Of a DNA stretch of 64,000 nucleotides, positions 60,794 through 64,000 are shown in pieces. The DNA is from Anaeramoeba ignava BMAN. Lineage: Eukaryota; Protista; Anaeramoebae. A program made the translations under genes and the position numbers. Position 1 is the first letter of the stretch; each line of letters begins with the position of its first letter. Under the pieces are notes generated by a model that did not search any database, had not been told where the DNA came from, and saw nothing but the letters and a program-made list of their open reading frames with translations. Where the stretch lies: positions 62,001 to 126,000 of the forward strand of contig JAPDFW010000082.1 of NCBI GenBank assembly GCA_028826165.1, read 5' to 3'.

Positions 60794-61045
60794 ATTTTTT
60801 AATTGATTTTTTTAATTAATTTTTTTAATTAATTTTTTTAATTGATTTTTTAATTAATTTTTTAATTGATTTTTTAATTATTTTTTTAATTAATTTTTTA
60901 ATTCATTTTCCAATGAAATTCAAGAAAAGAAAAGAAAAAGAAAAACCAAAAAGAAAAACAAAGTTTTTTTTGAAAAAAGCAAAAAAGTAAAAAAGCAAAA
61001 AAGTGGATCAAAAAAAAATTTTTTTTTTTTGAAAATTTCTTAAAG

Positions 61046-64000
61046 TTATTTGAACATTGCATCAAACCCTCTATTATCTAAATCAGATCTTTTCCAAGTA
61101 AAACCAGTATAAATGTTATTAACAGAAGTATTAGCCATTCTATCAAAATCACTGAAATCTTTAGTTTCGTATGTTTGTTCGAAATAAGAAACATCAAAAT
61201 AAGAGATATCCAATTCATCTCTAACATCAGGAACAAAAGGAGGAGTTGATTGTCTGAGGTTTCCCAGTCTATTGGACTTAAAAAAGGATGATCTTTAATT
61301 TCTTGAATTGATTTTGCTCCAATTCTTTTTTCTGGTTTTTGAAATAGTTTTGATATCAAATCCCATGCATCTGCTGGTATTTGCTTCTTTTCTTCTTGGA
61401 TCTCATCAAATTCTAATACTTCTTCATAATGTAATACATTTACAAGTGTTTGTTTGGAATCTTCTCCTGAAAATGGTGGGAATCCAACAAACATTTCGTA
61501 TAAAATGCATCCTTTTTAATTTCAATATTTAATTTTAATTTTGATTTTAATTTTAATTTTGATTTTAATTTTAATTTTAATTTTAATTTTATTTTCAATT
61601 TTGAATTTAATTTTTAATTTTAATTTAAATTTTAAATTTAATTTTGATTTTAATTTTAATTTTAATTTTAATTTTAATTTTAATTTTAATTTTAATTTTA
61701 ATTTTAATTTTAATTTTAATTTTAATTTTAATTTTAAATTTAATTTTAAATTTTAATTTTGATTTTAATTTTAATTTTAATTTTAATTTTAATTTTAATT
61801 TTAATTTTAATTTTAATTTTAATTTCAATTTTAATTTTAATTTTAATTTTAATTTTAATTTTAATTTTAATTTTAAATTTTAATTTACCTAAACTCCAAT
61901 AATCAACTTGAGGACCATATCCTTGTGAATCTAAAATTTCTGGAGACATATAATCAGGTGTACCAACAATAGAAAATGATCTTAATTTTGAAAGTGTTTG
62001 TGTATTAGGACGATTTGGTTTGAATCTAATCATTTCTTTTATTGTATTCCTAAATTCTTGAATTTGCATATGTTTTGATAATCCAAAATCTGTTAATTTT
62101 AAATGTCCTGTAGAATCAATCAAGAAATTTTCTGGTTTTAAATCTCTATAAAAAATATTTGAATATAAATGTAAATATAAATATAAATATAAATATAAAT
62201 ATAAATATAATTATAAATATAAATATAAATATTAATATAAATATAAAATATAAATATAAATATAAATATAAATATAAATATAAATATAAATATAAATATA
62301 AATATAAATATAAATATAAATATAAATATAAATATAAATATAAATATAAATATAAATATAATTATAAATATAAATATAAATATAAATATAAATATAAATA
62401 TAAATATAAATATAAATATAAATATAAATATAAATATAAATATAAATATAAATATAAATATAAATATAAATATAAATATAAATATAAATATTAATATAAA
62501 TATAAATATAAATATAAATTTTGTCCTAAAAATACCGATGAATAACATTCAGTTTATGTAAAGCTTCAACACAAAGAATCATTTCAGCTAAATAAAAACA
62601 AGCAGTATTTTTATCAAGTTTTTTAACCTTTTGAATCAATGCTTTCAAATCTCCACCAATAAGATATTCCATTGCAAGATAAAGGAAATGATTATCTTGG
62701 AAAGAATACATTAATTTCACTAACCATTCTGAAGAATGTTGTGCAAGAATATCTCTTTCGCTTCGAATATTTTTAACCTAATTTTAATTTTGATTTTGAA
62801 TTTTAATTTTAATTTTAATTTTAAATTTTAAATTAATTTTAATTTTGAATTTTAAATTTTAATTTTGTACTTGATCCATTTGTGAAATTTCTTCTTTTGA
62901 CATTCTTTTTAATGCTAATATTTCTCCAGTATCTTTCTTTTTACATAAAAACACCTCACCTCAAAATTTTAAATTGAATTTTATAAATGAATTTTAATTT
63001 TGATTTTAATTTTAATTTTAATTTTAATTTTGATTTTAATTTGAATTTTAAATTTAAATTTTAATATTAATTTTAATTTTAATTTTAAATTGAATTTTAA
63101 TTTTAATTTTAATTTTGATTTTAATTTGAATTTTAAATTTAAATTTTAATTTTAATTTGAATTTTAATATTAAAAAATACCATATCCTCCTTTTCCAATT
63201 TTTGCAATAATTTCAAAGTCTTTCACAAAAAGTCTTGTTCTTTTTAATCTTAAAAAAGTAGTTTCTCTTTCAAAATGTTTTTTGTGCATTTCATCAGCTT
63301 CTTTTTGAGAAATTTTTTGTTGAGAAATTTTATCACGAAGAGATTTTAAACGTTGTTGTCGAGTATAAATGTAGTAAATACGTTCAATTTTCATTTGATC
63401 CATATAACTTTTACAAAGACCAGACTAAATTTTAAAAAAAAGAATAATTTTAATTATAAATTTAATTATAAATTTAATTATAAATTTGTTTATAAATTTT
63501 ATTATAAATTTGTTTATAAATTTGTTTATAATTTTGATTATAAATTTAATTATAAATTTAATTATAAATTTTATTATAAATTTTATTATAAATATAATTA
63601 TAAATTTAATTATAAATTTAATTATAAATTTGTTTATAAATTTGTTTATAAATTTGATTATAAATTTAATTATAAATTTAATTATAAATTTGTTTATAAA
63701 TTTAATTATAAATATAATTATAAATTTAATTATAAATTTAATTATAAATTTAATTATAAATATAATTATAAATTTAATTATAAATTTTATTATAAATATA
63801 ATTATAAATTTAATTATAAATTTAATTATAAATTTAATTATAAATTTGTTTATAAATTGATTTTTCGTATTTTTTCTTTTTTTTTTCTTTTGTTTCTTTT
63901 AAAAATTTTTTGTGGAAAAAGTGAGAAAATTTAAAAAAAAAAATTTAAAAAAAAAAACATTTAAAAACAAAAACCTTTTGTTTTGTTGATTCAGAAATTA
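61046..64000 (-). CDS. NDR/LATS/Dbf2-family AGC Ser/Thr kinase, multi-exon, 5' end beyond window, one apparent frameshift near 61260
   Basis: [26 protein letters not shown]|EVFL; [17 protein letters not shown]; HR|[22 protein letters not shown]; [12 protein letters not shown]; DYWSLG; PPFVP; hydrophobic motif IYTGFTWKR. Confidence 0.9.
62160..62520 (+). repeat. (TATAAA)n hexamer array in a kinase intron
   Basis: Read directly; source of the KY/IN/IF ORFs. Confidence 0.9.

Noticed and set aside
61255-61268. Frameshift in the NDR kinase at TGG GAA ACC, containing GGGAAAC (possible programmed -1 frameshift or pseudogene)
   Set aside because: The heptamer is phased in the destination frame, not the incoming frame. 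Adding one A to the AAA run restores [15 protein letters not shown] and an intact AGC tail, so a homopolymer consensus error is most likely; check with short reads.
7613-63934. Dozens of ORFs made of IK, IL, FN, KY, INLF or NYKF repeats
   Set aside because: They are stop-free translations of intronic 6/12-bp arrays, or alternative frames and antisense readings of N/Q/E coding repeats; not genes.
1-64000. tRNA, rRNA, transposase, intein or self-splicing intron
   Set aside because: None recognisable by eye. tRNAscan-SE, Infernal and Hint-domain HMM searches would be needed to exclude them formally.

Overview
Very AT-rich, gene-dense, intron-containing eukaryotic DNA (GT-AG introns, standard code). 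N/Q/E homorepeats, RCC1-BTB and ankyrin-BTB genes and TCATTT motifs before start codons suggest an anaerobic protist such as Anaeramoeba; this is inference only. About 23 protein genes are supported: two ankyrin-repeat genes, a RING protein, deoC, two tandem RCC1-BTB genes, a CH-domain coiled-coil protein, TMEM53/DUF829, ERMP1, AMMECR1, EPG5, a CoA-binding protein, a leuD/leuC/leuC-leuD cluster with an overlapping orphan ORF, two Rab32/38 paralogs, GTF3C5, PHAF1, alpha-SNAP, PCMT and an NDR kinase. Most short ORFs in the supplied track are translations of intronic 6/12-bp repeats. The standout feature is invisible in that track. Two otherwise unrelated ankyrin genes (52491-56483 + and 1-3504 -) encode each repeat body as one phase-0 exon. 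The two variable beta-hairpin residues (D-x-x-G-x-T-P-L-H) are each encoded by a separate 3-nt, single-codon microexon (AG|NNN|GT), 23 in total. Also notable: an operon-like prokaryotic-type aconitase-family cluster with an ATGA overlap or possible -1 frameshift, loop-restricted hypervariability between the RCC1 paralogs, a tail-anchored DeoC and a ~150-bp AT satellite.
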